Positions 22,007 to 35,229 are shown, numbered from the stretch's first letter. The stretch is DNA of 56,420 bases from Octopus sinensis (GCF_006345805.1 NW_021834304.1:1-56420); one strand, 5' to 3'. The notes: generated by a model not told the origin, from the letters alone. Program-made: numbers and translations.

Positions 22007-22359
22007 AGGACTGATCGTGTGGTTAGGAAGCTCGCTTTGCAACCCCATGTCTTTCTGGCTCAGTCCCACAATTAGGAACTTTGTGGAAGTATCTTTGACA
22101 TCTATTATAACACCGAGCCGACCAAGGCTTTAAAAGTGAATTTGTTAGGTGAAAACTGTGTGAAAGACATTTGTATATGTATGTGTGTGATTGTAATTAC
22201 GATTATTCCAATAACATAGCAGTCCGGCAGATGAGACCGATAGAATGACTAGCAGATTTAAAAAGGAATATAAGTACTATGATCGATTTGTTCAACTAAA
22301 ACCCACTTAAAGCGGTGCCCCAGCATGGTCGCAATTATATGACTGAAACAATTAAAAAG
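22007..22359 (+). mobile_element. SINE family A, old diverged copy
   Basis: GCCGACCAAGGCTTT; GAGACCGATAGAAT; GGTGCCCCAGCATGGTCGCA..GACTGAAAC. Confidence 0.6.
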
Positions 22360-22716
22360 TGATACAAAATAATATATACGGAGTATAATCGATATGATAC
22401 AAACAAATATTTATATTATATATTAGTCGGATTGGTATCCTCACCTTGGATATTGCTTTCACTGTGATTTGATTGTATACGCTCCAGCCATCTTCAGAGT
22501 TTCAAAAAAGTGGGTGTGAGACTTTTGGCACAGCAGTTTTGCCATCGCCTCTATGGCGCCGCTGATTCGACGCTGACTTATTTGACATTACATGTTTTAA
22601 TAATTACCTTGTTTATCTCACCCTCTCTCTCGCTCTCTCTCTCTTTCTTTCCTCTGTTCACCCATCTCTCTCTCTCTTTCTGTTTATCTAGAGTTATTTT
22701 GTATGTATTTTTTTTT

Positions 22717-22888
22717 GGTTTTTTCAGTCAGTTAGACTGCAGCCATGCTGGGGCACTACCTTGAATTTTTAGTCGAATAAATCAACCCCAGTATTTACCT
22801 TTTTAAGCCTGGTAATTTTTTGCCGAACCGCTCAGTTACGAGGACGTAAACACACCAGGACCGACTGTAAAGCGGTAGTGCGGGACGA

Positions 22889-22895
<7 letters not shown>
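22717..22895 (-). mobile_element. SINE family A 3' fragment
   Basis: GACTGCAGCCATGCTGGGGCAC..GCCGAACCGCT..GACGTAAACACACC. Confidence 0.65.
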
Positions 22896-22936
<41 letters not shown>

Positions 22937-22983
<47 letters not shown>

Positions 22984-22987
22984 AAAG

Positions 22988-23052
<65 letters not shown>

Positions 23053-23306
23053 TAGTTATTTATTTTGCAAGATTCTTGATGTGAAACCGTGTGTTGAAAC
23101 AGATATTGTTATATTTGGGGATGGTCATGTTGCCAGTTTAGCCAATAAAACACACGCAATAAATAAATAAAGATGAAACAGATTAACATCAAATATATAG
23201 TTCGTGTGTTTTATTGGCTAAACTGGCAACATGATCCTCCCCAAATTCAACAATATCTGTTTCAACACACGGTTTCACATCAAGAATCTTTCAAAACGAA
23301 TATCTA

Positions 23307-23339
<33 letters not shown>

Positions 23340-23360
23340 CTATCTATCTATCTATCTATC

Positions 23361-23414
<54 letters not shown>
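22937..23414. repeat. Foldback palindrome: (TA)n(GATA)n - 100 bp arm - 46 bp spacer - inverted arm - (TATC)n(TA)n
   Basis: Arms 23058-23156 and 23203-23302 are reverse complements with few mismatches; the flanking microsatellites are also mirrored. Confidence 0.9.
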
Positions 23415-23417
<3 letters not shown>

Positions 23418-23566
23418 AATGGATGGAAAGTAACTAGGCATTAGAAATTGCTTATAGAATATTTAGTATCACTGAAGTCATGACGAAAACGTATTTTAAA
23501 CAGACAACACGAATGGGGATTTCTAATTTTTTTTTTATTGTCTATTTCTTATTTCTTATTTTCCAG

Positions 23567-23730
23567 ATGCCCGGTCGCTTGACTGTTCAAGCGCCAACAT
23601 TGTCACCACCCTCTTCGATAGTGCATTTAATAATTTCGACCGACATAATCGATCTAAATTAATTCACTACAAGAATAAATCCTACAAAGTTTACAGAAAA
23701 TGTTCAACACAAGCTATTGCTTCCACTTAA
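23567..23730 (+). CDS. Candidate terminal coding exon of an unidentified gene
   Basis: Strong polypyrimidine acceptor ..TTTCTTATTTTCCAG (ends 23566). Phase-1 frame is open for 53 codons (ARSLDCSSANIVTTLFDSAFNNFDRHNRSKLIHYKNKSYKVYRKCSTQAIAST*), with AATAAA soon after. No homology recognised. Confidence 0.25.
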
Positions 23731-24644
23731 AGTAGAAGCCCATAATAAATTTTCCTCTAATAGAGGAAAATAGTTCCAATCTCATCCCCGCTACGGGCGG
23801 GGCACAAAAGCAAAGTCTGAAATGACTTAAAACATTTCGAATTTTTACCCAAAATCCCCCTCCCCCCCAAAAAAATGCCACAATGGCCACAGTTCCTATT
23901 TCCTGATATACCGGGAAGTAGTAAAAATAAAGACAGTTCAACAAATACATCAAGGATAACACTAACGGAATCCTATAATAGCAAAACGCTTACCAGCACA
24001 AAAAACACGACCCCGTCATTTGACCGGAGGCAAGCTTCTTTCCACACAGCCACGCCTGAGCCTGAAGAACCCAGAAACCCCTGATCACTGCGCCTAATAC
24101 ACAATACAAAATTCCTCATCCCAGAAATACAGAATTATAAGCAAATATTTAATTTCACTTCATGGTGAAAGTTAAGACAGTTACCAAGCGGGAAGGGTTC
24201 TGAATGACGATACGTGAATCTTTTGAAAATCTTATATATGGTAATAGAAGTCAAACAACACTTGTTTAGTAAGTGAACATGACTTGAACGTAAAAGAATG
24301 GCAAATGACAATATAGAAATGTTCTTAGTTGTTTGGTTTAGAACCGGGAAATGGAGGAAATTTACATAGAGAAGAACAAACTGTTTTTAGTGGTTTTTCT
24401 TTTGAAATAGCAAGAAATGGTAATATAACAGGAAAGAAATTTGGTGTTAATGTATGGCAAAGACTTGACAAGAGAATAAAGATCTTTCTAAAACTATGAG
24501 TAGGAAATGTAAGTAGATTTTGTCCAAAATTGTTAGAGCCTCGGAAAAAGAAAGGGATGTGAGACTTTTGGCAGGGGTGATTCGGCACGGGATCTGTGGC
24601 ATCGCCGACTCAATGTTGACTTCTTTGATATTAGTAGTTTTACG

Positions 24645-24811
24645 TTACGTTCTGAGTTCAAATTCCACCGAGGTCGACTTTGCCTTTCATCCTTTCGGGG
24701 TCGATAAATAAAGTACCAGTTTCGGACTGGGGTCGATGTAATCGACTTAATCCCTTTGTATGTCCTTGTTTGTCCCCTCTATGTTTAGCCCCGTGTGGGC
24801 AGTAAAGAAAT
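24645..24811 (+). mobile_element. SINE family B (Deu/Nin-like central domain), 5'-truncated
   Basis: GAGTTCAAATTCC B box; GGTCGACTTTGCCTTTCATCCTTTCGGGGTCGATAAA..AGTACCAG. Confidence 0.8.
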
Positions 24812-24864
24812 GAATATTAATCTTGTTCTTTCTCTCTCTCTACTTCTCTGTCTCTCTCTTTCTT

Positions 24865-24899
<35 letters not shown>

Positions 24900-25542
24900 T
24901 TATGTGTGTGAGTATCTTGTTTTTATGTGTGTGAGTTTTGTTTGTATGTATATTTAATGTCGCTATATCTCTACCCCTCTCTCTCTCACACACACTTTCT
25001 CTCTCACTTACTCTCTGTGTGTATATATTTTTGTATTCATATAAATGAGTTTGTCAATGTGCTCGTACGTGCGAATGTGCGCACGTGCGTGTGTTTACCT
25101 CTAGCACGAAAAATTCCCGCCACCAAAGCAGGTTGGATATCCAGCCAGTGGCACCAAATCGAGAGCATTAAAACATCGGCGTCCAATCGTCTGGTCTCAT
25201 TCTGCAGAAGAAATACCAGGCAGCGTAAGTTTCGTTTCTTTACATTCTGGCCGACGTCACCTTCACCTTTCATCCCTTAGTCAAGTATTTCTGACCCCTT
25301 TTCCCGCAAAATCACTGGCTTTGTTTTTAAATTATAGATCATTATCTTTGGAAATGCAACAAGGCGTTAATGACAGAGAAAGAAATTCACTCAACGAAAT
25401 TAAGTCTTGAAACACAAAGAATCTAAATATATCAAAGGGCTTCGAAGACAATGTGTTTCGGGGAAAATCCTGAATAGTTAATTTGAAACTAAGGAACGAG
25501 CAATGTTATTAATATTATAATTGTTATATAAATGTTAAAATT

Positions 25543-25755
25543 TAAGGCAGCGAGCTTGCAGACTCGTCAGCACGCCAGGCGAAATACTTAGCGGGATTTC
25601 GACTGCTGCTATGTTCTGAGTTCAAATTCCGCCGAGATCGAATTTGCCTTTCATCTTTTCGGGGTCGATAAATTAAGTACGAGTTATGCACTAGGGTCGA
25701 TGTAATCGACTTGATCCCATCCCCCAAGCTGCCCTTGAGGCAAAGTTTGAAACCA
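25543..25755 (+). mobile_element. SINE family B
   Basis: Head TAAGGCAGCGAGCTTGCAG plus the same central domain. Confidence 0.8.
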
Positions 25756-25760
25756 ATCTT

Positions 25761-25955
25761 ACTCTTTTACTTGTTGCAGTCATTTGACTGTGGCCATGCA
25801 GGAGCACCGCTTTTTAGTCGAGCTAATCGACCCCAGGACATATTCTTTGTAATCCTAGAACTTATTCTATCGGTCTCTTTTGCAGAACCGTTAATTTACG
25901 GGGAAGTAAACACACCAGCATCAGTTGTGAAGCGATGATGATGGGGACAAACACA

Positions 25956-26001
<46 letters not shown>

Positions 26002-26128
26002 TATATATATATATATATTATATATATATATATATGTATGTATGTATTTATGTGTGTATGTATGTGTGTATATGTTTGTGTGTCTGTGTTTGTCCCCACC
26101 AACATCGCTTCACAACTGATGCTGGTGT

Positions 26129-26179
<51 letters not shown>

Positions 26180-26183
26180 ATAT

Positions 26184-26215
<32 letters not shown>

Positions 26216-26361
26216 TATAAGACGGGCTTCCTTCAGTTTCCGTCTACCAAATCCACTCACAAGGCTTTGGTCGGCGTGAGGCTATAGTACAAGACACTTG
26301 CCCAAGGTGCAACGCAGTTGTTGGTAAGCGAGCCACCTACCACACAGCCACTCCTACGCCT
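25761..26361 (-). mobile_element. SINE family A with expanded internal (TA)n and partial internal duplication
   Basis: Head and tail motifs in reverse orientation; tail-to-tail with the family B copy. Confidence 0.82.
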
Positions 26362-26398
26362 ATAAATATATCTTATTAATCTTATTAATGTTTTTATT

Positions 26399-27190
26399 TA
26401 AGGCGGCAAGCTGACAGAATTGTTATCACGCCGGACAAAATACTTAGCGACATTTCAGTCGTGTTTACATTCTGCGTTCAAATTCTACCTAGATTGACTT
26501 TACCTTTCATCCTTTCGGAGGCGATAAAATAGACACCAGCCAAGTAAGGTGGAGGGAGTGAAATTGACTAGTTACCTTCCCTAACATTCCAGGACTTGAG
26601 CGTTTAGTAGAAAGGATTATTTAAGGCGTTGAGCTGGCGGAATCGTTAGCATACCGGGCGAAGTGTTTAGAGGTGTTTTGTATTCTGTTATGTTCTGAGT
26701 TCAATTTCTGCCGATGTTGTCTTTTCATTTTATCTTTTTGGGGTCGATTAAATAAGTACCAGTTACGTACTGGGGTCGATGTAATCGACTTAACCCCTTT
26801 GTCTCTCCTTGTTTGTCCTCTCTGTGTTTAGCCCCTTGTGAGTAGTAAAGAAATAGGTATTTCGTCTGCCGCTACGTTCTGATTTCAAATTCTGTCGAGG
26901 TCGACTTTGCCTGTCATACTTTTGGGGTCGATAAAAAATAAGTACCATTTACGTACTGGAGTCGATATAATCGACTTAATCCGTTTGTCTGTCCTTGTTT
27001 GTCCTCTCTGTGTTTAGCCCCTCATGAGTAATAAAGAAATAAATATTTAAGCACGCCGCTTAAAATACTTAGTGACATTTCACACGTCTTTACGTTCTGA
27101 ATTCAATTTCTGCCGGAGTTGATTTGCCTTTAATCCTATCAGAGTCGATAAAATAAGTTCCTGTTGAACACCAGCGTTGATAAAACAACA
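26399..27190 (+). mobile_element. Cluster of tandem SINE family B copies, one with a duplicated central module
   Basis: Heads at ~26399 and ~26623, a partial copy at ~27055; repeated GTTCTGA(G/T)TTCAA..GTCGAT..AGTACC modules. Confidence 0.8.
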
Positions 27191-27582
27191 ATCACCCACG
27201 CTTCGAAATATCAGACTTTGTCTCTGTAGTAAAATTGATCATTAATATCATTGTTGTATTATTAACCTTATTAATATTGTGCGTCTTATCTCCAATTTGA
27301 ATGTAAATTCTCATTTGGAATCATTTTTCATCTTGTTATTGCAATCTATAATCAATCATCAACGAGATACAGTTATTAATGTAACTTTATATTTCTAGTT
27401 ATATATAACTATTTTATCTTTTTTTACAGGTCTCAGTCTGCGGCCAAGCTGGGTCACCATCTGGGTCACCATCTGGGAGAGTTTAGTCGAGCAAATTCAT
27501 CCTAATACTATTTGTAGGTCTCTTTTTCTGAAGTTTTGACTTACAGAGACGCAAGCAAATCAAGCGGTGGTGGGGACAAGAA

Positions 27583-27623
<41 letters not shown>

Positions 27624-27661
27624 GTGCGAACTCACACATACACACATACGCATAAATATAT

Positions 27662-27822
27662 GCGTAGGAGTGGCTGTGTGGTAAGTAGCTTGCTTACGAG
27701 CCAGATGATACCGGGTTCAGTCCCACTGCGTGACACCTTGGGCAAGTGTCTTCTACTATAGCTTCGGGCCGACCAAAGCCTTGTGAGTGGATTTGGTAGA
27801 CGGAAACTGAAAAAAGCACATC

Positions 27823-27870
<48 letters not shown>

Positions 27871-28228
27871 GTCTATATATTTGTGTGTTTGTGTTTCTCC
27901 CCCCAAAATCGCTTGACAACCGATGCTGGTGTGTCTACGTCCCCCTAACTTAGCGGTTCAGCAAAAAGAGACCGATAGAATAAGTACTAGACTTACAAAG
28001 AATAAGTCCTGGGGTCAATTTGGCAGCCGGTCGGTGTTTGTTTCTTCACAACTGCGTGACTTAGCAGTTCGGCAAAAGTAGCCAATTGAATATGATACCA
28101 GACTTAGAAAAACAAATACAAAAAATAAAACCACTCAATACTGGAGTTGCTTCATTCAAGAAAAAACTGGTCAAAGTATTGCCCCAGCATGACCGCAGCC
28201 CAATGAATGAATCAAGTTAAAGATAACA
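27662..28228 (+). mobile_element. SINE family A followed by a second diverged 3' half
   Basis: GCGTAGGAGTGGCTGTGTGGTAAGTAGC head; tail motifs occur twice. Confidence 0.8.
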
Positions 28229-28549
28229 AATATTTGAAGATATAAATAAGACTTGTCATTTAATTTATTCAAAAGTTATTTCAATAAATTTACAAATATT
28301 AATATCGATTTGATTTTGTATTTTGATTGTTTTTCTTTTTGATCGTCGGGTATTGTACTTTATTTATAATCATCAGGTTAGAAGAACATGTGAGAATTTG
28401 GTTTTGTCTCGTTTTGTTTTGCGTTTACATTTTGTTATTCTTCAATAACCATTGAAATTCGATATACAATACGATATTTAAAACATTGAAATATTTATCT
28501 TTCGTTTCATTACATTTCACTCTATATTTGCATTCACCTCTGAGTATGT

Positions 28550-29088
28550 GTGTAGGTGTGTGTGTGTGTGTTTGAGTATGTGCGGGTATAGTTATGTATA
28601 TGTATGTATATGTATATATACATATGTGCATATATATACGTATATATATATATGTATGTATATATAGATAGATATATGCATATATATATAAATACATATA
28701 TATAAGTATATATGTATCTATATATATATGTATATATTTATATATATATATATTTATATATGTACATATATATATATGCAACTATGTATATATATATATA
28801 TATATTATCTATGAATACATATATATATATATACATGTATATATATATGTATATATATATGTATATTTATATATATATATATTTATATATATGTGTGCGT
28901 GTATATATATATTCACTTATATGTATACATACGCATATATATATACAATGTATGTTTGTTTGTATATATGAGTTTGTATGTATGTCCGTGTACACATATA
29001 CTTCTTTATGTTTATATTTATATATATATATATGTCTATATATACCTATATATGTCAATATATATGTGTGTCCGTATCTATGTGCATG

Positions 29089-29141
<53 letters not shown>

Positions 29142-29234
29142 GTGTGTGTTTTGTGTACTTGTGTATATCTGAGCGGGTCTCCATTTAGGTTTGTGTTTGT
29201 GTGTGTTAGTGAACTTACGTGTGTGTACCTGTGC

Positions 29235-29273
<39 letters not shown>

Positions 29274-29290
29274 TCTGTGTGTATGTGTGT
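28550..29290. repeat. Degenerate (TA)n/(TG)n low-complexity tract
   Basis: Directly visible; source of several YI-rich ORFs. Confidence 0.95.
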
Positions 29291-30170
29291 ATTACGGGCT
29301 GGTGTTCTGTATCTGAATTGGTTTGATATTTTAAAGAACAAAATTGATAAATTTTTCTGTTTCATAAAAATAAAAGAGTTTGTAACGGTTGAAAGCTATA
29401 ATTTTCTCAAAAAAAAAAAAAAAACAACTTTTATTGAAGTTTCGAATCCTTCAAATGCAATGTTCATGAAAATATCTGTAGTTTAGTCAATTTCCGAAAA
29501 CACATTCGTAAGTCAAAATAAAATTTATAATTAAAAATATATCAAAAATATTTATATACAACTTCAAAGGGACGTTACTTTGATATCAATACAGTTTTAT
29601 TGCAATTACCATAATTATGCAAATGACAGTGTATTTTTATTAAACAATTCTGAATTGAATCGACATTTCTATGATAAACACTCACTAACCAGGCTAAGGA
29701 ATATTTAACGATAAATTAGCATAATTTATGCAGTGTAAGAGAAAAATAAATACGAATTATGTATTTCGTTTTATTATTTCACATTGTTGCTATTATGTTA
29801 AACTGTCGTATATCCAAATGTGGCCTAATGCGTTTTCTTCAATATGTATTTTTACTTGCAATTGCCGGTTCTTTTGATGAAACTATCGTATATTCAGCTG
29901 CTTCAGTTGCCAAGATATGAAAATTGTCAAAGGGTAGTACAATGGTTTAGCATTTTTCAAAAGTGCTGTAAGTCGTACATACGACAGGTTTGCAAAACTA
30001 TTCCTGGCTGAAATGCATGGAGTTACGATTTTATGCACCTAACAAGGGGTTATTGTTTAGCTGAAACTATTACTAATGTAAAAAGAAATAGAATAGCGAA
30101 TTATTTTTTCGTTTTCTGAAAATGCAACGTATTGGCGTTACGACACTTTTGCATAATAGCACCATACATA

Positions 30171-30557
30171 GGCGCAGGAGTGGCTGTGTGGTAAGTAGCT
30201 TGCTTACCAACCACATGGTTCCGGTTTCAGTCCCGCTGCGTGGCACCTTGGGCAAGTGTCTTCTACTATAGCCTCGGGCCGACCAAAGCCTTGTGAGTGG
30301 ATTTGGTAGACGGAAACTGAAAGAAGCCTATCGTATATATATGTATGTGTGTGTATGTTTGTGTGTCTGTGTTTGTCGCCCTAGCATTGCTTGACAACCG
30401 ATGCTGGTGTGTTTGCGTCTCCGTTACTTAGCGGTTCGGCAAAAGAGACCGATAGAATAAGTACTAGGCTTACAAAGAATAAGTCCCGGGGTCGAGTTGC
30501 TCGATTAAAGGCGCAGTTAAATGACTGAAACAAGTAAAAGAGTAAAAGAGTAAAGAG
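30171..30557 (+). mobile_element. SINE family A, near-consensus (young) copy
   Basis: Full head GGCGCAGGAGTGGCTGTGTGG to tail GTAAAAGAGTAAAAGAGTAAAGAG. Confidence 0.88.
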
Positions 30558-30699
30558 TATATACAACAGCAGTGCAAGGATGTCAACACCGGACGTGCTT
30601 GAGCATTTATGAATGAATGCGCGTGTGAATACATAATATGTGTATATATATTTGTGTGTGTGTGTATAGGGAGAGAGACAGACAGACAGATGGAGGCAG

Positions 30700-30786
30700 A
30701 GACAGACAGAGAGCCAGACAGAAAGGAAAGCCGACACACAGATATGCAGACAGATAGTCAGACAGACAGATATTTAGTTAGATAGA

Positions 30787-30842
<56 letters not shown>

Positions 30843-30850
30843 TAGATAGC

Positions 30851-30910
<60 letters not shown>

Positions 30911-30957
30911 CAAACAGACAGACAGACAAACAGACTGACCGGTAGATAGATAGATAG

Positions 30958-31010
<53 letters not shown>
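30700..31010. repeat. (GACA)n/(GATA)n/(GA)n microsatellite
   Basis: Directly visible. Confidence 0.95.
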
Positions 31011-31012
<2 letters not shown>

Positions 31013-31756
31013 AGGTAGCTAAATACATATATTTATGATAGTTGAAAGATTAAAATAAATAAAAGCACATACTAAGTATGTCCATCTACTGGAAATAACA
31101 GTCAAAATTCTATTTAAATCGCCAAAATACACTGGTAATAACTACACAAATCAACCGTCCGAAGGCAATCGGGCTAAGACAATCTCTCAGCATACATTCA
31201 AGTATTTGGACTCACGTGGACAAATTTTTAAAATGGCATGATAGACTCACCTTTCTCAGTACGCGTTACCATGATGGAGAGTCCCAACACTTAACATTGA
31301 AGTCTGCGATGCAAATGACATTTTGCACGGCAGCCACCAGTGTGAAAATAATTTTAATCTTGAATTATTTTTCATGGGTGGCACCTTGGGCAACTCTCTT
31401 CTACTATAGCCTCGGGCCAACCAAAGCCTTATGAGTGGATTTTGTAGACGGAAACTGAAAGAAGCCCGTCTTATGTATATATATATTTTGTCTAGGTATA
31501 TGCAGCTGATGAGGACAAATCAAATCTACGTTGTCAAACGTATTTGAGGAGTCTGAAACCGGTCCTGCATTATCCGTTTCTAGGTTTTTCATTTTTCAGA
31601 TGTTCTTCCTAGAAGTAAGACAATTTTTTTCATGTTTGTTGCACACACACGTCTTTGCTAGTATATACGCAGTGAAGCTATACAATAGCGTCGTTTTTAT
31701 TACGATCGCTATTTTCCAGTAAATATCGGTACTACGTTGTACCATTTATTTACTTT

Positions 31757-31800
<44 letters not shown>

Positions 31801-32502
31801 CGTGTGTTTGTGTGTGTATGTGTGTGTGTGTGTGTAGCGGTTCGGCAAAACAGACCGATAGAATAAATACTAGGCTTACAAACAATAAGTCATGGGGTCG
31901 ATGTGCTCGACTAAAGGTGGTGCTCCTGCATGGCCACCGTCAAATGACTGAAACAAGCAAAAGAGGAAAAGAGTATTTATATTTTTGTGTTTTGTGTGTA
32001 TTCATTCAGTTCATGTCATGTTCAATGCTGACTCACGGTGCGCGAGTTTTTTCCTCAACCTCGTATTTCATCGACTCTGATAAAATACTCTGATAGACCC
32101 CGTTTATGTACTGGGGTCTATCTAATCGACTGGCGCCCTCCCCAAAATTTTAAGGCCTTGTTCTTAGAGAAAAGAGTATATGTATTCCAAAGTTTGAGAT
32201 TTGCATTCGATTTAATCAACCCCACTGAAGTTATTGATATTTTATTTCTCCTAATTAGAAAGTATGATTTATTCTGCGAAGAGGGAAGAAATCCAAAGAC
32301 AAAGTATTATTATGTATTGCATTTCATTCCCTATTACCATCTAGTTTCGTTCGACTGAGAAATAGTGAAAGGAAAAGTTGATTCGGCTCAATTTGAACAC
32401 AATGTAAAGACGGACGAGATGCAGCAAAGCTTTTTACCCGATGTGCTAGCGATTCTACCAGATCACCGACTTATTCTTCAGCTTAATATTAAATTCTTTA
32501 GT

Positions 32503-32877
32503 GGAGGCGCAATGGCCCAGTGGTTAGGGCAGCGGACTCGTGGTCATAGGATCGCGGTTTCGATTCCCAGACCGGGCGTTGTGAGTGTTTATTGAGCGAA
32601 AACACCTAAAGCTCCACGAGGGGATGGTGGTGATCCCTGCTGTACTCTTTCACCACAACTTTCTCTCACTCTTACTTCCTGTTTTTGTTGTACCTGTATT
32701 TCAAAGGACTGGCCTTGTCACTCTCTGTGTCACGCTGAATATCCCCGAGAACTACGTTAAGTGTACACGTGTCTGTGGAGTGCTCAGCCACTTACACGTT
32801 AATTTCACGAGCAGGCTGTTCCGTTGATTCGGATCAACTGGAACCCTCGTCGTCGTAACCGACGGAGTGCTTCCAAC
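32503..32877 (+). mobile_element. tRNA-derived SINE family C, full length
   Basis: A box TGGCCCAGTGG, B box GGTTTCGATTCC, unique body, ends CGTAACCGACGGAGTGCTTCCAAC. Confidence 0.78.
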
Positions 32878-33566
32878 CACTAAATTCTTTTATTATAACT
32901 TTACATATAAACAAATGTTGACATATAAACAAATTATATGCTCTTCGTGTGTGTATGTGTGTGTGTGTTTGTGTGTGTATGTATGTATAGATGCGGGCGC
33001 ATATGTGTATGATCAAATATTTCAGACAAAATATTTATGCAAACATTCTAACGATTCATTCGTTTGACGTTCACTTCTCCATGTGTCACTTATATTCATA
33101 CACAACGGGTGAATTTATAGTAAATATCTACAGAATGTCATCTCACCTTTGTCTCTCTGAGATAGTTTATTATACACCAAGGATAGGAATGCGAAATATT
33201 TGTTTCACGAACTTATTCAAAATGTTTTGCATTCCTCACTTCTGTGACATATTTGAAGGTTCTAACTAACCATACTGCTCGCCACAGTTTTACTTTCAAA
33301 ACTGCCCTTTTTGAAATGTATCCCTATTTCAACAATATTTGCTTCTATTATCCATAAACTTGATTTAGGCTGCTTTGATGTCTGAAGCAGTAAAGTTATG
33401 TCCGAGATTATATGTGGAGGATCGATTTTCTTCAGATCTTTTACACCAATATGAGTGGGATCACTAAATACAGAGCAGTATTGTTTTTACAGTAATTCTG
33501 CTATTTCTTTAACATCGTGTTGATAGATACATAGACAGATAGATAACTGGATAGATAGATAGATAG

Positions 33567-33620
<54 letters not shown>

Positions 33621-34136
33621 GTTTCTTTATTGGCCACACAGGGCTGCACACAGATGGGATAAGTTACAAGGTAGAGCTTTTCTTTTGGGGGATGAAAAAA
33701 ACAAAAAACAAAAGAAAAAAAAAAGGGGGTGGCGTAGGTTTTCGATCAAGAGGGATCGTAAAAGGGAAGAAAAGAACAAAAAAATAATAAATAAATAAAA
33801 TAAAAAATAAAAATAATAAAAAGAAAAAAAAAGAAAAGGAAAAGGAACAAAAGAAAAGAGAAATGAGAAAAGAAGAAAAAAGGGGAAAAAAGGGGAAGAG
33901 GAAAAAAAAAAGGGTAGATAGATATGTGTGTCTGGGTGTGCGTATGTGCGTGCGGGTGTGTTTACGCCCGAGTAACTGAGTGTTTCTGCACAAGAAACCC
34001 ATAGAATAAGTACCGGGCTGAAAATATAAGTACTAGGGTCGACTTGTTCAACTAAACGTTTCGAAGGTGGCGCCCCAGAATGGCCGCTGTCTAATGACTG
34101 AAACAAGTAGAAAAATTGATTACGGCAAAACATTAA

Positions 34137-34517
34137 CGCTTCGTGGGCGGCAGGGTCCCCCACCAAATGTTAAAAGTTTATGTATGCACATACAAATTTT
34201 GACTTAAAAATTTCCAATCATATGGACGTTATAGCATAAAATATGGTCATTGGGGTCCAACTGGACTCCCTTGGCCTTCTGTGAAATTACTTTTGTTCTT
34301 TTTTCAGATATTCTGATGAACTATTATTCAGTTTTCTTCGTATTTGTACTGGTATGAATCGATATAAAGTGCTAAAATTCTTGTTCTGTATCATGCACTC
34401 ACACATATATACACGATTAAACAAATATTACTTTACGGATAGTACGAAAATGCGCAAAAATAAAAGAGGACCCCAATGGCCTTTCGTGTAATTCCAACTC
34501 TGCCGGACCACGAAGGG
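34137..34517. mobile_element. piggyBac-type MITE
   Basis: TTAA at both ends (34133-34136, 34518-34521); imperfect TIRs CGCTTCGTGGGCGGCAG / CTGCCGGACCACGAAGGG; no ORF. Confidence 0.75.
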
Positions 34518-34844
34518 TTAAAAGCCTAAACAAATGCATCATTGTACTGTTTGAACGCCGTAACCCTTCTGCCAGTCACCAAACATAATGCATTCTAAAG
34601 TTGGTGATAATTTCTACTAAAAGTAAAAGGTCATATTTCGGAGATGTACTTGTCAGGCAAGTGATTTGATCGTGGTGTTGATGCTTAAACAATTAAGAAG
34701 TGGAAAACGCATGTAACCTATTCAAATGACACAAAGACTATTAACTCAATTGTGCAACCGTGTCAGTGTCCAGGTACTTGTTAGTGCGATAAACTTTTAG
34801 CATCAAATAATAAATGTTTTAATGAAGTTGATATATGTATGTCT

Positions 34845-35050
34845 TAAGGCGGTGAACTAGCAGAAACGTTTGCACGCCGGGCGAAATGCTTAGCAGTATT
34901 TCGTCTGTCTTTACGTTCTGAGTTCAAATTTCGCCGAGGTTGACGTTGCCTTTCATCCTATCGAGGTCGATAGATTAAGTACTGGGGTCTATCTGATCGA
35001 CTAGCGCCCTCCCCCAAATTTTCGGGCCTTGTTCTTAGAGTAGAAAAGAG
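34845..35050 (+). mobile_element. SINE family B
   Basis: TAAGGCGGTGAACTAGCAG head, central domain, tail GGCCTTGTTCTTAGAGTAGAAAAG. Confidence 0.8.
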
Positions 35051-35229
35051 TCTTCCACATTTTGAGATTTGCATTCGATTTAATCAACCCCATTGAGGTT
35101 ATTGATATTTTACTTCTCCTAATTAGAAAGTATGATTTTTTCTGCAAAGAGGGAAGAAATCCAAAGACAAATTATTATTATGTCTTGCATTTCATTCCCT
35201 ATTACCATCCTAGTTTCGTTCGACTGAGA

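Noticed and set aside
31502-31546. CTGATGAG-GACAA..TTGTC-AAACGTA hammerhead-like motif
   Set aside because: Conserved G12 is missing and stem I does not pair convincingly.
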